Source: Octopus vulgaris (lineage: Eukaryota). Taken from it: DNA of 64,000 bases. Positions 1-14,570 of this stretch are shown in pieces. Each line of letters begins with the position of its first letter. The stretch's first letter is position 1. The translations under genes and the position numbers were made by a program. Under the pieces are notes generated by a model, which was given only the letters and a program-made list of their open reading frames with translations, ran no database searches and had not been told where the DNA came from. The stretch spans positions 93,310,001 to 93,374,000 of the forward strand of contig OX597824.1 in assembly GCA_951406725.2 (NCBI GenBank). Reading direction: 5' to 3'.

Positions 1-62
1 CTTAGTGTGCCTGCGTTTGTTTGTGTCTATGCATATATATATGTATATATATAGATATATGC

Positions 63-114
<52 letters not shown>

Positions 115-264
115 CTATATATATATTAGCATGTGTGTATGTATATACATACATACGTGCATATATACATATAGTAGATTCATACACTTGAGAATTATTG
201 TAATGAGGTGGACATCTCTACACGCGTATTTGTGTATGTATGTATGTATATATACATGCATATA

Positions 265-310
<46 letters not shown>

Positions 311-360
311 TATATATACATATGTATATGTATATACATATAGATATAGATAGAAAGATT

Positions 361-427
<67 letters not shown>

Positions 428-635
428 GGATATTGTCAAGTACTTATACATGAGTCTGCAGTTCTTTCATAGGCATTTGTCATTCGTATGTGACTAACAG
501 CTTCTGTTTACATGAGTGTCCATGGTTTTGTACAGAAGTATATACATGTAGCATACACATGTAATAGAAATATACCACATACACACTCTCAGAATTAAGG
601 GGTTTACACATACATACATACATTCATACATACAT

Positions 636-701
<66 letters not shown>

Positions 702-1031
702 GTACATACATACAAACATATATATATTTGTATGTCCTTGTGTGCGTGTGTATACATGCATATGTACATACATATATACTTATAAATATATACCTGCATC
801 ACAACGCCTTCATGTTTATATCAACAATATTACAAACACACACACACGCTTGTATGTACGCACGTGAAAGCGTTTGAATGTGGTGTAAATATTTATTGTA
901 ACTTTTATGTGTATACGTGTATATATGTATGTGCGTATATACGTGTGTGATTTGTGTGTGTGTGTGTGTACGCATATATTTGTATATACATATATGCTAT
1001 AAAGGCACACGTATACACACACATAGATAGG

Positions 1032-1095
<64 letters not shown>

Positions 1096-1301
1096 GTGAG
1101 AGAGAAAGCGAGAGAGGGAAAGAGAGGGAGAGAAAGAGAGAGAGTAGGATAGATAGATAGATAGATACATATATACATACATGCATACGTACATACATAC
1201 ATGCATACATACATATATACATACATATATGCATGCACACATACTCGTATACATACTTACACACAGCATGAACAGAAAAAAAGTGGGATCGAAAGAAAGA
1301 A

Positions 1302-1369
<68 letters not shown>

Positions 1370-1464
1370 AAAAAAGAAAGAAAGAAGGTAAGATAAAACG
1401 CGAGAAAAAACAAACAAAGAAAGAATGGAAAAATGAATGAAAGAGAAAGAAATAATGTGAGAAA

Positions 1465-1550
<86 letters not shown>

Positions 1551-1575
1551 GAGAAGGAAGGAAAGAAAGAAAGAC
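1..1575. repeat. Compound microsatellite field: (TA)n, (TAGA)n, (TACA)n, (GA)n, (GAAA)n
   Basis: Directly visible tandem arrays, e.g. (TAGA)n 361-427 and (GAAA)n 1291-1385 and 1465-1570. Similar arrays recur throughout the window. Confidence 0.97.
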
Positions 1576-2127
1576 AGAAGCGGAACATTTGAATGAAGTA
1601 TCGATAGAAGCTTCGTAAGAATGAGTTAGAGTACAGAGTATGCTTCCGGCGGTGAGTCAACAGCAGAGACACACTTTCAATTCCCAGCCGTGTCTCGGGA
1701 ATTTTTTTTATATTTATCTTTTTATTTTTTGGCATTTAATTTATTTGACACGATTGCATCGGTCCACGCCTGTCATATCAATGTGTATACACCCCACTAA
1801 AACTTTCCAAAACACACACATACACACACACATATGTATATATATTATTAAGGAGGCTATTCGCAATTTAGAACCGAAAGACAAAAAGTATATCCGTCAC
1901 CAAAGTGACGGAGGGTGCTACTAGGCACCACCATTCCTAGAAATAAGAGTCAAAACAGCACTTAGACACGTGAGAGCACTTTTGTAATGATTGACACACA
2001 CACACACACACATCACACGAAAATATATTTTGTGTTTGTGTTCGTTTGAAGGGAATATATTCAAGTGGGGGGGGGGGGGCAAAGTTGTGTGTCTGAGTGT
2101 ATACATGTTGTGTCAGTATTTCTGTTA

Positions 2128-2172
<45 letters not shown>

Positions 2173-3037
2173 TTTGTGTTTACACTTATATCTGTGTGAG
2201 TTTGTGTGTGTGGGGAGGGTGATGTGTTTGAGCTTGTATGTGTGTGAGTGTATGTGTGTGTGTGTGTATGTGTATGTGTGTGTGTGTCTAGGCGCGTACC
2301 CGTACGCGTACGATTCATGCATAGGACTAGATCTGTTTTGAGGACAAGAAAAAAATTTATGTCGATATAGAAATATATTACAGACACACACACATACATC
2401 CACATGCTTACACGCATTCACATACACAGACACCCACACATACACACACAACTACAAACACAAATATATTCATGTATGTATATATATATGCTCAGTTGTA
2501 CATGTGTATATGTATTGGTAGGTGTACGATATATGGACGTATATGTGTGCTTTCGACATGTATATGCGTGTGTATTCTGCATGTGCGTCTGTATGCGTGT
2601 GTATGTGTGTGTGTATGTGTGTGTGTGTGTTTGAACGTCTCTGTATACGTATGTATGTGTGTGTACTGTTTACTTTTAATAAAAACTTTATGTAATTCGA
2701 TAGTTCTCGAAGTAGTTTCGGATACGTAGCAGCTAGGTTAGCAAATGCCAGTGGTGCGGTTTCGATACTGACCCGAAGTACATGATTTGAGTGGTGTGGA
2801 AGAGGGAAATGTGGAAACGGCACCATGCAATTGTTTTTATCAGATAATATATTTCTGATGATTTCTTACTGTACAATCATACATAAATTGTTAAATGCTG
2901 TCTGGAGGTGACACGTATACCGCGGAGTATATTTAATTACTGCTCTTCAAACGAAAACAAACTCGCAGCTCGATATATTCAAGGATACGTTCAGAAGAGC
3001 AGCCACACAAAAAAATGTAGAATCTCTCTCTCTCACA

Positions 3038-3098
<61 letters not shown>

Positions 3099-3238
3099 AC
3101 ACGCAGACACAGATACACACTCACACACACACATAGACAAACATACATACACACACACATGCAAGCAAGCTCACATACCACAGGCGCACTCAAAGATTTG
3201 TGTGTGTGTGTGTGTGTTTGTTTATATATATATATATT

Positions 3239-3272
<34 letters not shown>

Positions 3273-3319
3273 TAGATATATAGATAGGTATGTATGTTTG
3301 TATGTATATATATACAAAT

Positions 3320-3430
<111 letters not shown>

Positions 3431-3759
3431 CGCATATATGCATACATATATGTACATACCTACATACATATGCAGATGTACATGCATATATTGGTACAGG
3501 ACGTCAAAAACACGTGAACAAAATGAGAAACGGGAACATAAAAACAAAAAAAAAAACATGGAAAACGAACTCTTTTCGAACAACAAAAGAAACAAACAAA
3601 CACAGAAACGAGACGGGAAACATATAGAACATTCCCTTCATCAGCTGTCCTCTGCATATCTACACCGTATGTATGTATATATACATAGGTATGTACATAT
3701 ATGTATGTATATATGCATATATATTATTTATATGATATATATATATATATATATATATA

Positions 3760-4177
3760 GGCGCAGGAGTGGCTGTATGGTAAGTAGCTTGTTTACCAAT
3801 CACATGGTTCCGGGTTCAGTCCCACTGCGTGGCACCTTGGGCAAGTGTTTTCTACTTTAGCCTCGGGCCGACCAAAGCCTTGTGAGTGGATTTGGTAGAG
3901 GGAAACTGAAAGAAGCCCGTCGTATATATGTATATATGGGTATGTGTATTTGTGTGTCAGTGTTTGTCCCCCTAGCATTGCTTGACAACCGATGTTGGTG
4001 TGTTTATGTCCCCGTTACATAGCGGTTCGGCAAAAGAGACCGATAGAATAAGTACTGGGCTTACAAAAAAAAAAACAAGAATAAGTCCCGGGGTCGAGTT
4101 GTTCGACTAAAGGCGGTGCTCCAGCATGGCCGCAGTCAAATGACTGAAACAAGTAAAAGAGTAAAGAGAGTAAGAGT
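3760..4177 (+). mobile_element. tRNA-derived SINE, family A (tRNA head + CORE-like segment + internal microsatellite + 3' module), full length
   Basis: A box TGGCTGTATGG and B box GGTTCAGTCC, then CCTTGGGCAAGTG, an internal (TA/TG)n, and a tail ending CAAATGACTGAAACAAGTAAAAGAGT. Nearly identical copy at 48375-48787. Confidence 0.9.
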
Positions 4178-4187
4178 ATATATATAT

Positions 4188-4505
4188 AGGCGGAGCAGTG
4201 TTTGTGTGGTAAGACGTTCGCTTCACAACCACATAGTTCCGGGTTCAATCCGACTGCGTGACATCTCTGGCTAGTGTCATGTACCTTTGAGAGGATTTGT
4301 TATAGACGTATAGATGGATGCGTGTGTGTGTCTGTATCTGTCCCTCACCTCGTCATCGTAACTTAGCGGAAGGGCAAAAGTGCCCGATAGAATAAGTACT
4401 ACGCTTAAAACAAAATAAGAAAAAACGGTCGATTCGTTCCACTAAGATTTCTGCAAGGTGGTGCCCCAGCCTGGCCGCTGTCTAATGCCTGAAACAAGTA
4501 AAAGA
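4188..4505 (+). mobile_element. SINE family A, diverged copy
   Basis: Same head (GGTAAGACGTTCGCTTCACAACCACATAGTTCCGGGTTCAATCC) and tail (GAAACAAGTAAAAGA), directly downstream of the previous copy. Confidence 0.8.
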
Positions 4506-4806
4506 TGAAGGTTATATATACGTTCACATAAACACTGATACAGCATACATTTTTACGTATATATTGATTGTGAAACGAAGGAAATTAAACACACACAGAC
4601 ACACACACACGCACACATACACACGGTGACACTAATTCGACCACACACACACAAATCTCTATATATGGCTGTGTGTGTGCGTGCATGTTTGTGATCGCGT
4701 GTATGTGCTCGTTTCTGTTATTAGTCTTTGTGTGTCTTCACATACGTAGCTATCTATTTCTCTGTCTATGTGTGTGCATTGTGTGTGTGTGCGTGTATGT
4801 GTGTGC

Positions 4807-4858
<52 letters not shown>

Positions 4859-4964
4859 TGTGTTCCAATAAATATATTTGCTCAGGAATAAATAGAAAAA
4901 AGTTTCATTGATAGTCTAAATCGTTTATTGATAAAAAGATTAATTTTTACGGAGAGGCTCATAT

Positions 4965-5013
<49 letters not shown>

Positions 5014-5218
5014 AACGTGTGTGTGTGTTTGTGAACTTGTAGTTTATGTGTATGTGTGTGGTGTGTGTATGTCTGAGTGTGCCTTAAGTAGATATATATT
5101 GTTTTGTTTATATATATATATAGATAGATAGGTATGTTGATATATAGGTATGTGCGTAAGTAAGCATAACGTCTACACACTCGCGCACGCATACACACAT
5201 ACACACATACACACACGG

Positions 5219-5286
<68 letters not shown>

Positions 5287-5394
5287 GGAGAGAGAAGAAC
5301 TTACAAGTGTTTAATATTATTGTATATAACTTTATTTCGGGTATTGAGTTCATATTTTCGTTGAAGCAATATAAACCATATCTATCTATATATA

Positions 5395-5450
<56 letters not shown>

Positions 5451-5574
5451 TGTATGTATATCTGTCTGACTATCGATCTATCTATCTATCTATCAGTCAG
5501 TATGTCTGTCTGTCTGTCTTTTCATCTATCAATCGATTTGTCTGAATATCTGCCCGTATGTCAGCCTCTCTCTC

Positions 5575-5616
<42 letters not shown>

Positions 5617-6039
5617 TCTCTCTTCATATATATATATATACATATTACACACATACACACACATATATATACCCGGCTGATTTTGGGCGAATTACACTAA
5701 AAAAAAATATATATATATATACTAGTAATTACTAATCGTGTTAAAGTGCGATTGCCAGATGCGGTAGAGGGGCCGAATGAGATTTGAACTCTTTGAGAAT
5801 GGTCTTGGATTCCATAACAATTGCGATTCTGCTCTTGCCGTCGCCGCCATCACCGTCGTTGCCGTCTTCTCTTGATTTCGTTCTTATTGCCGTTCCTTTG
5901 TTTGTCATCGTTGCTTCTTTTCGCTATGATGATCGTGTCGGTTGTAGATGTGAACTTAACGTTGGATCCGGTTTCATTGGCATCGATAATCTGCTGATTC
6001 CGGTTCGTTCTCATACACGCGCTATATTCTTTTTATTCA

Positions 6040-6440
6040 CTTTCTTATTTGACTTGTTACAGTCGTTTGACTGCGACCATGTTGGAACATCACCTTTTTT
6101 TTTAGTCGAACAAATCGACCCCCCAGCACTTATTCTTTGCAAGCCTAGTATTTATTCTATCAGGCTCTTTTGCCGAACCGCTAGTTACACGGTTGTCAAG
6201 CGATGATGGGGAGAAAAACACCGACACGCACAAAGACATACATATTTACATACATACATATACAATTTATATATAAGCGATGGGTTTCTTTCAGTTTCCT
6301 TCTTCCAAATCCATTGACAAGGATGGGGTCGGTCCGAGGCTATAGTAGGAGATATTTGCCCAAGGGACCACGCAGTGGGATTCAACCTGGAACCGTGTGG
6401 CTGGGAAGCAAGCTTCTTACCACACAGCCACTCCTGTGCC
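6040..6440 (-). mobile_element. SINE family A
   Basis: Reverse complement of the head (CTTCTTACCACACAGCCACTCCTG) and of the tail (CAGTCGTTTGACTGCGACCATG). Confidence 0.85.
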
Positions 6441-6790
6441 TGTATACATCTCTTTATGCACGTACACATACACACATACAGACATACATGCACATGCAGA
6501 CGCGCACACACATAATACGGTTTTCCAAAAAGAATGGTGGTAGAGATTTCGAAGTTTCGCCCAGTTATCCAGACCGACAAAAGTTAGCAAGCCGAGACTT
6601 CGAAGTCACTGTCTTCTAAAACCGTGTTAAATGTGCACTCTAAAGAATATTGAGTAATTCCAGAATTTACTGTAAAATTATGCATCTTATAACTCGGCAT
6701 AAAACCAAACGACAATATAATCTATATAGACACATACAGACACATATACACATATACACACCACACTCGTGTGTGTGTATGTGTGTGTGT

Positions 6791-6828
<38 letters not shown>

Positions 6829-6987
6829 GTGTTTGTGTTTTTCTATACACTTGTTATATTATTTAATCAGCAGAAAGTTAGTAAAGTGACGCAGAAGCGA
6901 ATCGATCTTACGTTGAGCGCGACCACAAAAGCTTTCACTTCGTATCTCTTGCTAGTTTCTGTCGATTTAAAAGTTTAAAAGTATATA

Positions 6988-7207
6988 CAATTATCCCTCG
7001 ACTATCGCGGGTGTTACGTTCCAAAACTCAATGCGATGGGTGAAAGATCCGCGAAGTGGAAACAGTACTGTGGGGTATATTTTTTTTTATTATTTTTATA
7101 ATTTGTATATATATTTTTTATTATAAATACAAAAACAACTCCACAGAGGAATCGATGTAAGCTTAAATAATAAACCGCGATAGGTGAACCGCGATATCGA
7201 GATACGT
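6988..7207. mobile_element. pogo/Tigger-like MITE, degenerate
   Basis: Left end TA-CAATTATCCCTCGACTATCGCGGGTGTTACGTTCC. Subterminal CCGCGATAGGTGAACCGCGATA near the right end. AT-rich interior. Confidence 0.55.
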
Positions 7208-7521
7208 TTAAAAAATCATTCAATATTTCTATAATTGATTATTATTGAAAGTGAATTCAAAAATTAAAATATTTTGTGTTTTGTAGAAGCATAACTGATT
7301 TAGGGTATAGATTTTAGCAGCAAAATCTCCATGTATATTCATGTATAAACACACACACACACATGTATGTATGTATGTATGTATGTGCAATATTAAGGAT
7401 TCAAAGAATCGGGTACCGAAATGTAAACACCACTTTTTGCCGAATAAATATCATGAATACCGAAGTACGTTACTCTATTAAAGAAATCCGTAGGAAAAAG
7501 CTGTTAAATATATATATATGC

Positions 7522-7553
<32 letters not shown>

Positions 7554-7610
7554 GTATATATATATATATATGCATATGTATATGTATATGTATATGTATA
7601 TATATGTATA

Positions 7611-7741
<131 letters not shown>

Positions 7742-7749
7742 ATATTCTT

Positions 7750-7983
7750 TTGTTTATTTTATTTGGTTTCAGTCATTTGACTGTGGCCATGCCGAAGCAC
7801 CGCCTTGAAGAACAAAGCGACTCCAGGGTTTATTTTCTAAAAGCCTATTACTTATCCCATCGGAACTCTTTTACCGTATCGCTAAGCTACGGTAACGTAA
7901 ACACACCGACACCGGTTGTCACGTGGTGATGGGGATGAGACAAACACAGATACGAAGACTCACACACAGACATATATTTATGC

Positions 7984-8021
<38 letters not shown>

Positions 8022-8108
8022 CAGAAGACACTTGCTTAAGATGCCAGGCAGTGGGACTGAATCCGAAACATGTGGTTGATAAGCAAGCTTCTTACCACAC
8101 AGCCACAC
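7750..8108 (-). mobile_element. SINE family A, internally deleted
   Basis: TTTCAGTCATTTGACTGTGGCCATG at the tail end and GCTTCTTACCACACAGCCAC at the head end. Confidence 0.85.
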
Positions 8109-8671
8109 CTACTCATCAACTGAATTGTTCCTCCCATGTGCAATGAAACCTAGGGACCCTCTTCGCACATACACGCACCCTCACCCCACCCACTGCACAC
8201 ACACACACACACTCATATACGTACATATACATATATAGAATGAATCGAGTTGAAGCTTAAGCAAGTAATTGGCGATGGCGGCAACGTCACCGACGACGAC
8301 AATGGCGCGCACGGTTTTGACAACAACGACTACCAACGATGACAAGTTCTTGAACGTGATCTGGATTATAATTACATAACCCAGCCCTCTGTGGATTATA
8401 TTTTCATCCAGCTATGTGTATTGGAACCGAAAATATAGACGGAAAGAAAACGGAGGGTGTTCTGTTCTATAGATATACACCAGCTCTTGTCCACTCGCTT
8501 CATTTGGATTAAGATAATCAAATACATAAGTATTATATAGTAAAAATCAAACACATATTTTAATCATTCTTTAATCAATTTATTTATTTATTCGTCTATC
8601 AATTGTTGATGTTGCTGTTGTTGCTGCTGCTGATGTTGTTGCTGCTGTTGTTGTTTTTGTTGTTGTTGTTC

Positions 8672-9020
8672 CGAATAAAATGCTTAGAGGCATGTCTGTG
8701 TTCAAGTTCTGAGTTCAAATTTCGCCGAGGTCGACTTTGCCGTTCATTCCTTCGCGGTCTTGAATTAAGTACCAGATGTGGACTAGGGACCATTGTAATA
8801 GACTGCCATCCCCCCCAAAAAAATGTCAAGCCTTGTCTCTACAGTAGATAGGATTAGACTCGTTAGCACAACGAGCATTTTGTCCATTTTCACGTCCTGA
8901 GTTCAAATTCTGCCGAGGTCGTCTCTGCCTTTCATTCTTCTGTGATCGATAAAGTGAGTACCAGCTGAGAATTATCCCCTTGTCCCGAATTTCTGGCCTT
9001 GTGCCAAAATTTGAAACCAT
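8672..9020 (+). mobile_element. Two tandem SINE family B copies
   Basis: TTCTGAGTTCAAATTYYGCCGAGGTCG...CATTCNTTC...AAGTACCAG occurs twice, and the second ends GTGCCAAAATTTGAAACCA. Confidence 0.8.
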
Positions 9021-9476
9021 TAAATTTTATCCGATTTTGTGTCGCTAAAGACGATTAAATTCCAGTTCCAATATTCTACCGAGGCACGCGCTATTCAGCT
9101 GATGCGATTTCGCGCCAATGCAAGAATTTCTTCGATGTCGTTCATTTTCAAAGTGACTGCGACCCAAATTTCCTTTAAAGGACATCATTCCTTCTAACAA
9201 AATAACGAAAAAGAACACCTGGAATATATAATCCAGGTGAATTAAACGACGAAATGGCCACACTGGGATCCAGTCTACGATGAAGTTGGATAATAACACT
9301 AACGATTGTAGCAAATGAAAGAATTTCAATAACTTCTCATCGATCTGCTAGAAATAAGAGGCCTATCATCCCTCAGATCGCTCCTACAAAATATAATCTT
9401 GTGTAATTTAGTTATGTATATATAACAAGGTGTTAATCGCTTATGCGTGGACACAGATATTTTCATTATTATATTA

Positions 9477-9526
9477 TTTGATGATGATGATGATGATGAT
9501 GATGACGACGACGACGACGATGATGA

Positions 9527-9560
<34 letters not shown>

Positions 9561-9574
9561 GGTGGTGGTGGTGG

Positions 9575-9671
<97 letters not shown>

Positions 9672-9675
9672 TGAT
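9477..9675. repeat. Compound trinucleotide repeat (GAT)n(GAC)n(GAT)n(GGT)n(GAT)n(AAT)n
   Basis: Directly visible. Confidence 0.97.
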
Positions 9676-9682
9676 ATAATAA

Positions 9683-10310
9683 TACATATGGTTGTGATGC
9701 ATGTGCCTAGTACCCTTATCAGACGGGTAGTCAGATGGGTATATTGAGCTTCGTATAACCCCAGTGTCACTTTGATGGCATGAACTAATAATAATAATAA
9801 TAATAGTAAATATAATAATAATAGTAATAATAATAATGCTCAATACCACAGATTTGCTCTTGATATGAACGATAGGCTAACAGCAATTATTCTGCCCAGT
9901 ACCACAGATTTGCTTGTCAATTGTTTGACCTTAACCAGCTGAGCATGTCCCTTGGTGGCTGACGATATGTGCATCTCTGATCACGAGGAGAAGTAGTTGG
10001 GGAGCATCATAGTCGTGTGTTGAAAGGAATTCTTAAAGATTTGGATATTTCACCTCTGGAAACATGGGTGGTTCGTCCAACATCCTTAAACAATCCTTAT
10101 TCAGGGACCTTTTGAGCGGGATGGGCTAATCAGAAGAAAATTCTAACTGGGCCCCACCTGCAAGATCATGCGCTGTTTATTTTGATATGAGATTACTATG
10201 TCGTGCACATACGGTTGTGATGTATGTGCCTAGTGTACCCTTATCCGACGCTTCGTATATTTTACTCCGGTGTCACTTTGATGGCATGCACCGCTCTCTC
10301 GCTCAATGAT
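9683..10310 (+). mobile_element. Non-coding retroelement 3' ends inserted in (TAA)n: short copy 9683-9786 and longer copy about 9838-10310
   Basis: Shared 3' sequence GGTTGTGATGYATGTGCCTAGT...CCCTTATC...GTGTCACTTTGATGGCATG, each copy running into (TAA)n. Confidence 0.65.
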
Positions 10311-10322
10311 AATAAAAATTAA

Positions 10323-10409
<87 letters not shown>

Positions 10410-10463
10410 AATAATAATAATAATAATAAAAGATAATATATTAATAATAATAATAATAATAAT

Positions 10464-10786
10464 AATTGCACTATAATAATCCTGCGCAGAACACTTTCCA
10501 TACAATAACCATCAGATCAATAATACCCAAGGACACAGAGCTGCGCTCGGTAGTGAAGTGAAAGCACGCTATAAAAATAAAACTACTGAATAATAATAAT
10601 AATAATAATACATAAAAGTAATACATATATTACAGACAAATACATAACAAAAACACCAGGACTTACAAACACATATAACATACAGAAAATTGCACTACTA
10701 GGCACTGCACACATCCTACAAAGAACACTTTCCATGAGCTGCGCTCGGTAGTGAAGTGAAAGCACGCTATAAAAATAAAACTACTG
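10464..10786 (+). mobile_element. Two 5'-truncated R4/Dong-clade LINE 3' ends in (TAA)n
   Basis: 10632-10733 translates TDKYITKTPGLTNTYNIQKIALLGTAHILQRTLS, like the R4/Dong C-terminus (QK.ALLGTAHILR..L). Both copies share the 3' UTR GAGCTGCGCTCGGTAGTGAAGTGAAAGCACGCTATAAAAATAAAACTACTG followed by (AAT)n. Confidence 0.8.
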
Positions 10787-11797
10787 AATAATAATAATAA
10801 TAATAATAATATACTTCATTTTGGTAATATTTAAGGATTGATGTTACTCTCCAAGAAAGTAAAGAAACCCTAAGAAGAGTGCGACTGTTATCGAATAGAC
10901 AATATTTTGACACTTCGTGTGTCTTTCACAAGTTCAGAATAAACATCTCAATCTACTTCATTTTCGATAACAGTCGCCCTCTTCTTTTTGTTTCTTTACT
11001 AACCTCTAAACATCAACTGAATCGGTCGACGTGCAAGAAATAGATCCTAAACACAGCCTTCCGAGCTACCAGTGGATATAAAACAAGAAGAACAGTCACG
11101 GCCGGAACGCTTGAGAGATTGGAATTGACCTGGCGGCAGGAGCACAACCACAAAATTATTTTATGGGATCGTCTCTGTTCGATCTCCCGACCTATCAATA
11201 TAGGAGTCGATTCCACTTCAAGCATAAATCTGGAGAACAGGAGAAGTTGGAGAGATCATTGAAGCCATTACGTGTACGCGATAGAACTTCGTGACCAGAT
11301 TTGATTCGTGTCAAGTTAATCAAGACAGGATAAAACGTCCATTGTACTCCCGAATTATAGTCCTTGTCATGATATGCGAAAAGGAAAAAAAATGGAAAAC
11401 GATAGCAACAATCAGTGTCGTGTGCAGAGAACATCAGGCTTTGTATATACTAGGGTACACGACATTATTTTCAATAATTGTATTCACATTTATCAATTTC
11501 TACATTTATCAATCAATCTCTATGTGTGTACGTATGAATACGTAAATATACCGAATGCCAAGAAGCAAAATTCTTCAACATAAATAAGTCGTAGAGACAG
11601 TTTTATATTTGCTCATGTGTGTGTATTTATATGAGTGCGTGTTTGCGCAGGTGTGTTTTTATTTGCTCATGTATGTGTATCTATATGTGTAAGTGTGTGT
11701 TTGCGCAGGTGTGTTAATGAGAGAGAGAGAGAGAATGTGGAAGAGAGAGAGAGAATGTGGGAGAGAGAATCAGTGTCATGCCCAAAATGCATATTAA

Positions 11798-12013
11798 CCC
11801 ATTAAGTCGCAGATTAATTAAATTTCTGAATATTACTTTTAAATTTTTGCAGATGATTGAAAATAGGTTAAAATGAAAAAAAATTATTATTAAAACTCTT
11901 TTACTTCAACTAGAAACGGAAATACTATAAATAGGACACTGAGACAATGTGATATAGCTTATTTAATGTTAACATTTAGTGCCCTACTTAAAGGACAGTG
12001 GGGACATAATGGG
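11798..12013. mobile_element. piggyBac-like MITE
   Basis: TTAA at 11794-11797 and 12014-12017. Termini CCCATTAAGTCGCA and TGGGGACATAATGGG form an imperfect inverted repeat with CCC/GGG ends. Confidence 0.7.
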
Positions 12014-12075
12014 TTAAAGAAACTGTTCTTTCTTATTCATTGCATCTTGTATTTCATTCTACGATTAATACTGGA

Positions 12076-12311
<236 letters not shown>

Positions 12312-12329
12312 TCAATATACTTCAACACC

Positions 12330-12600
12330 GCACCAAAACTTTACAACACCCCACGAAAATAAATCCATTGGTGTCAGGTCAGGTGAACTTGATGGCCATT
12401 CAATATTGCCCCGTCTTCCAAACCAACGTTGTGGAAAGGCTTGGTTAATGTAGTCTCTTACTATGAACGCATAATGTGGAGGTGCTCCATCTTGCTGAAT
12501 AATGGTTTCATATTTTTTTATAATTAAGGTCTACGCTGTTAATATATGAACACGAAAGAGAGAGTTGAATAAACTGTAAACCTACTTTTGGGCCAACCTG
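12330..12600 (-). pseudogene. Internally deleted Tc1/mariner-superfamily transposon (DDD/E domain fragment plus one terminus)
   Basis: Minus strand reads IIQQDGAPPHYAFIVRDYINQAFPQRWFGRRGNIEWPSSSPDLTPMDLFSWG (QQDGAPPH and WP..SPDL.P.D...WG motifs). Terminus TA-CAGGTTGGCCCAAAAGTAGG. Confidence 0.85.
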
Positions 12601-13034
12601 TATTCTATCTGCTCCTGCTTGTCACGGCCTTGGAGTATTGATGTTACGCTTTCAACAATGTAAACTACGGAAGGAGATCGAAAATAAATTCCAAGTATTC
12701 AGAATATTGAAACAATGCTATGGAAAAAATCTATAAAATTGTGTCAAAATAGAAATAAGAAAATTTGTAGAACGTGCAATTTTTACGGGCCCCGTTAGTA
12801 TTAATTAGTATAATAACGATTTATTTTCTGGCATTGGGAGAAGGCAGCACTTTTTAGAATTGGGGTGGTAAAAGGATGGGAAGGCGGTGGACGGTTAGTG
12901 TTCGATAAAATCGACCGCGATGTTTGATTGGTAATTATTTTCATCGATCCCTGCAAATATAAGAAGGAAACGTAGATAGGCTCCGGCGGAATGTGAACTC
13001 ATAAAGATAAACATGAAGATTCCGCTGGAGACTA

Positions 13035-13298
13035 TGGTGATGGTGGTGGTGGTGGTGGTGGTGGTGGTGGTGGTGGTGGTGGTGGTTGTAGTCGTGATCC
13101 TGATAATGTTTATGATGATCGTGAAATAGTAATAATGATAATGTTGATAATCGTAATATTAATAATAATAATGATGATGATGACGATGATGATGATAAAT
13201 GAAAAGTTGTGTTGTTATTTCAATAAAAGTGATCATGCGGGAGATAAAGATGATGAGGATGATGTTGACGACGACGACGAAGACGATGACGATGATGT

Positions 13299-13334
<36 letters not shown>

Positions 13335-13335
13335 C

Positions 13336-13386
<51 letters not shown>

Positions 13387-13496
13387 GGTGATGATGATGA
13401 TGATGATGATGATCACGATGATGATGGTTATACTGATGATGATGATGGTTATACTGATGATGATGATGATGATGATTACGATGATGATGGTTATAC

Positions 13497-13532
<36 letters not shown>

Positions 13533-14570
13533 CGATCACGATGATGATGGTTATACTGATGATGATGATGATGATGATAATGATGATGGTAATGATGATG
13601 ATGATGATGATGATGATGATCACGATGATGATGGTTATACTGATGATGATGATGATGGTTATACTGATGAAGATGATATTGATGATGATGGTGATGATGA
13701 TGATGATGATGCCCGACATCAGCTTCAGCAGCAACAGCAGCAACCGCGCATTCGGCAGCAACATCAATAACGCTTTCTACCTTCCGTTCACGAATGCTAA
13801 TGGAAAAAAAATATTCACATCAAACATTTATTTCGCTTACGAAGCTGCTGCCGTTGCTTCTGGTTGCTGCTGCCGTTGATGATGATGATGATGAGGCTAA
13901 TACCGAGCTTATGCTGTTGCTGTTGCTGTTGCTGTTGCTGTCGCTGCTGCTGCTGATGATGATGGTTCTAGCAATACCGTAGTTGATAATTCTTTGAGAA
14001 CATCAATATATAGGTACTTATTGGTAGGAATGGTGATGGTGGCGGTGGTGTGGTGGTGGTGGTGGTGGTGGTGGTGGTGGTGGTGATGATGGTGTTGGTG
14101 GCGGTGATAGTGGTTGTGGTGATGTTGATGGGGTGATGGTTGTGGTGGTGGTGAGTTTGGTGGTGGTGGTGGTGGTGGTGGTGGTGGTAGCGAGTTTGAT
14201 GGTGGTCGTCGTGGTGGTGGTCGTGGCGAGTTAGGTGGTGGTGGTAAGTTTGATGGTGGTGGTGGTGACGAGTTCGGTTGTGGTGGTGGTGGTGGTTGTG
14301 GTGGTGGTGGTAGTGGTGGTGGTGAGTTTGATGGTGGCGGTGGTGGCGAGTTTGGTGGTGGTGGTGATGGTGGTGATGGTGGTCGTCGTGGTGGTCGTGG
14401 TGGTGAGTACGATGGCGGTGGTCGTCGTGTTGGTGGTTATGGTAGTGGTGGTGGTGGTTATGGTGGTGGTGATGGTGGTGGTCGTGGTGAGTTTGATGCT
14501 AGTGGTGGTGGTGCTATTGCTGCTGCTTTTACAGTTGCTTCTTCTAATACTAATGATGATGGTAATGACT
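13035..14570. repeat. (GGT)n/(GAT)n/(GCT)n trinucleotide fields with higher-order units
   Basis: (GAT)n 13250-13710 is punctuated by GATGGTTATACT. (GGT)n 14040-14510 is punctuated by GAGTTTG. Confidence 0.95.

Noticed and set aside
5784-6206. 140-aa ORF as a real gene
   Set aside because: Non-ATG start, the 3' half is an antisense SINE, and there is no recognisable domain.
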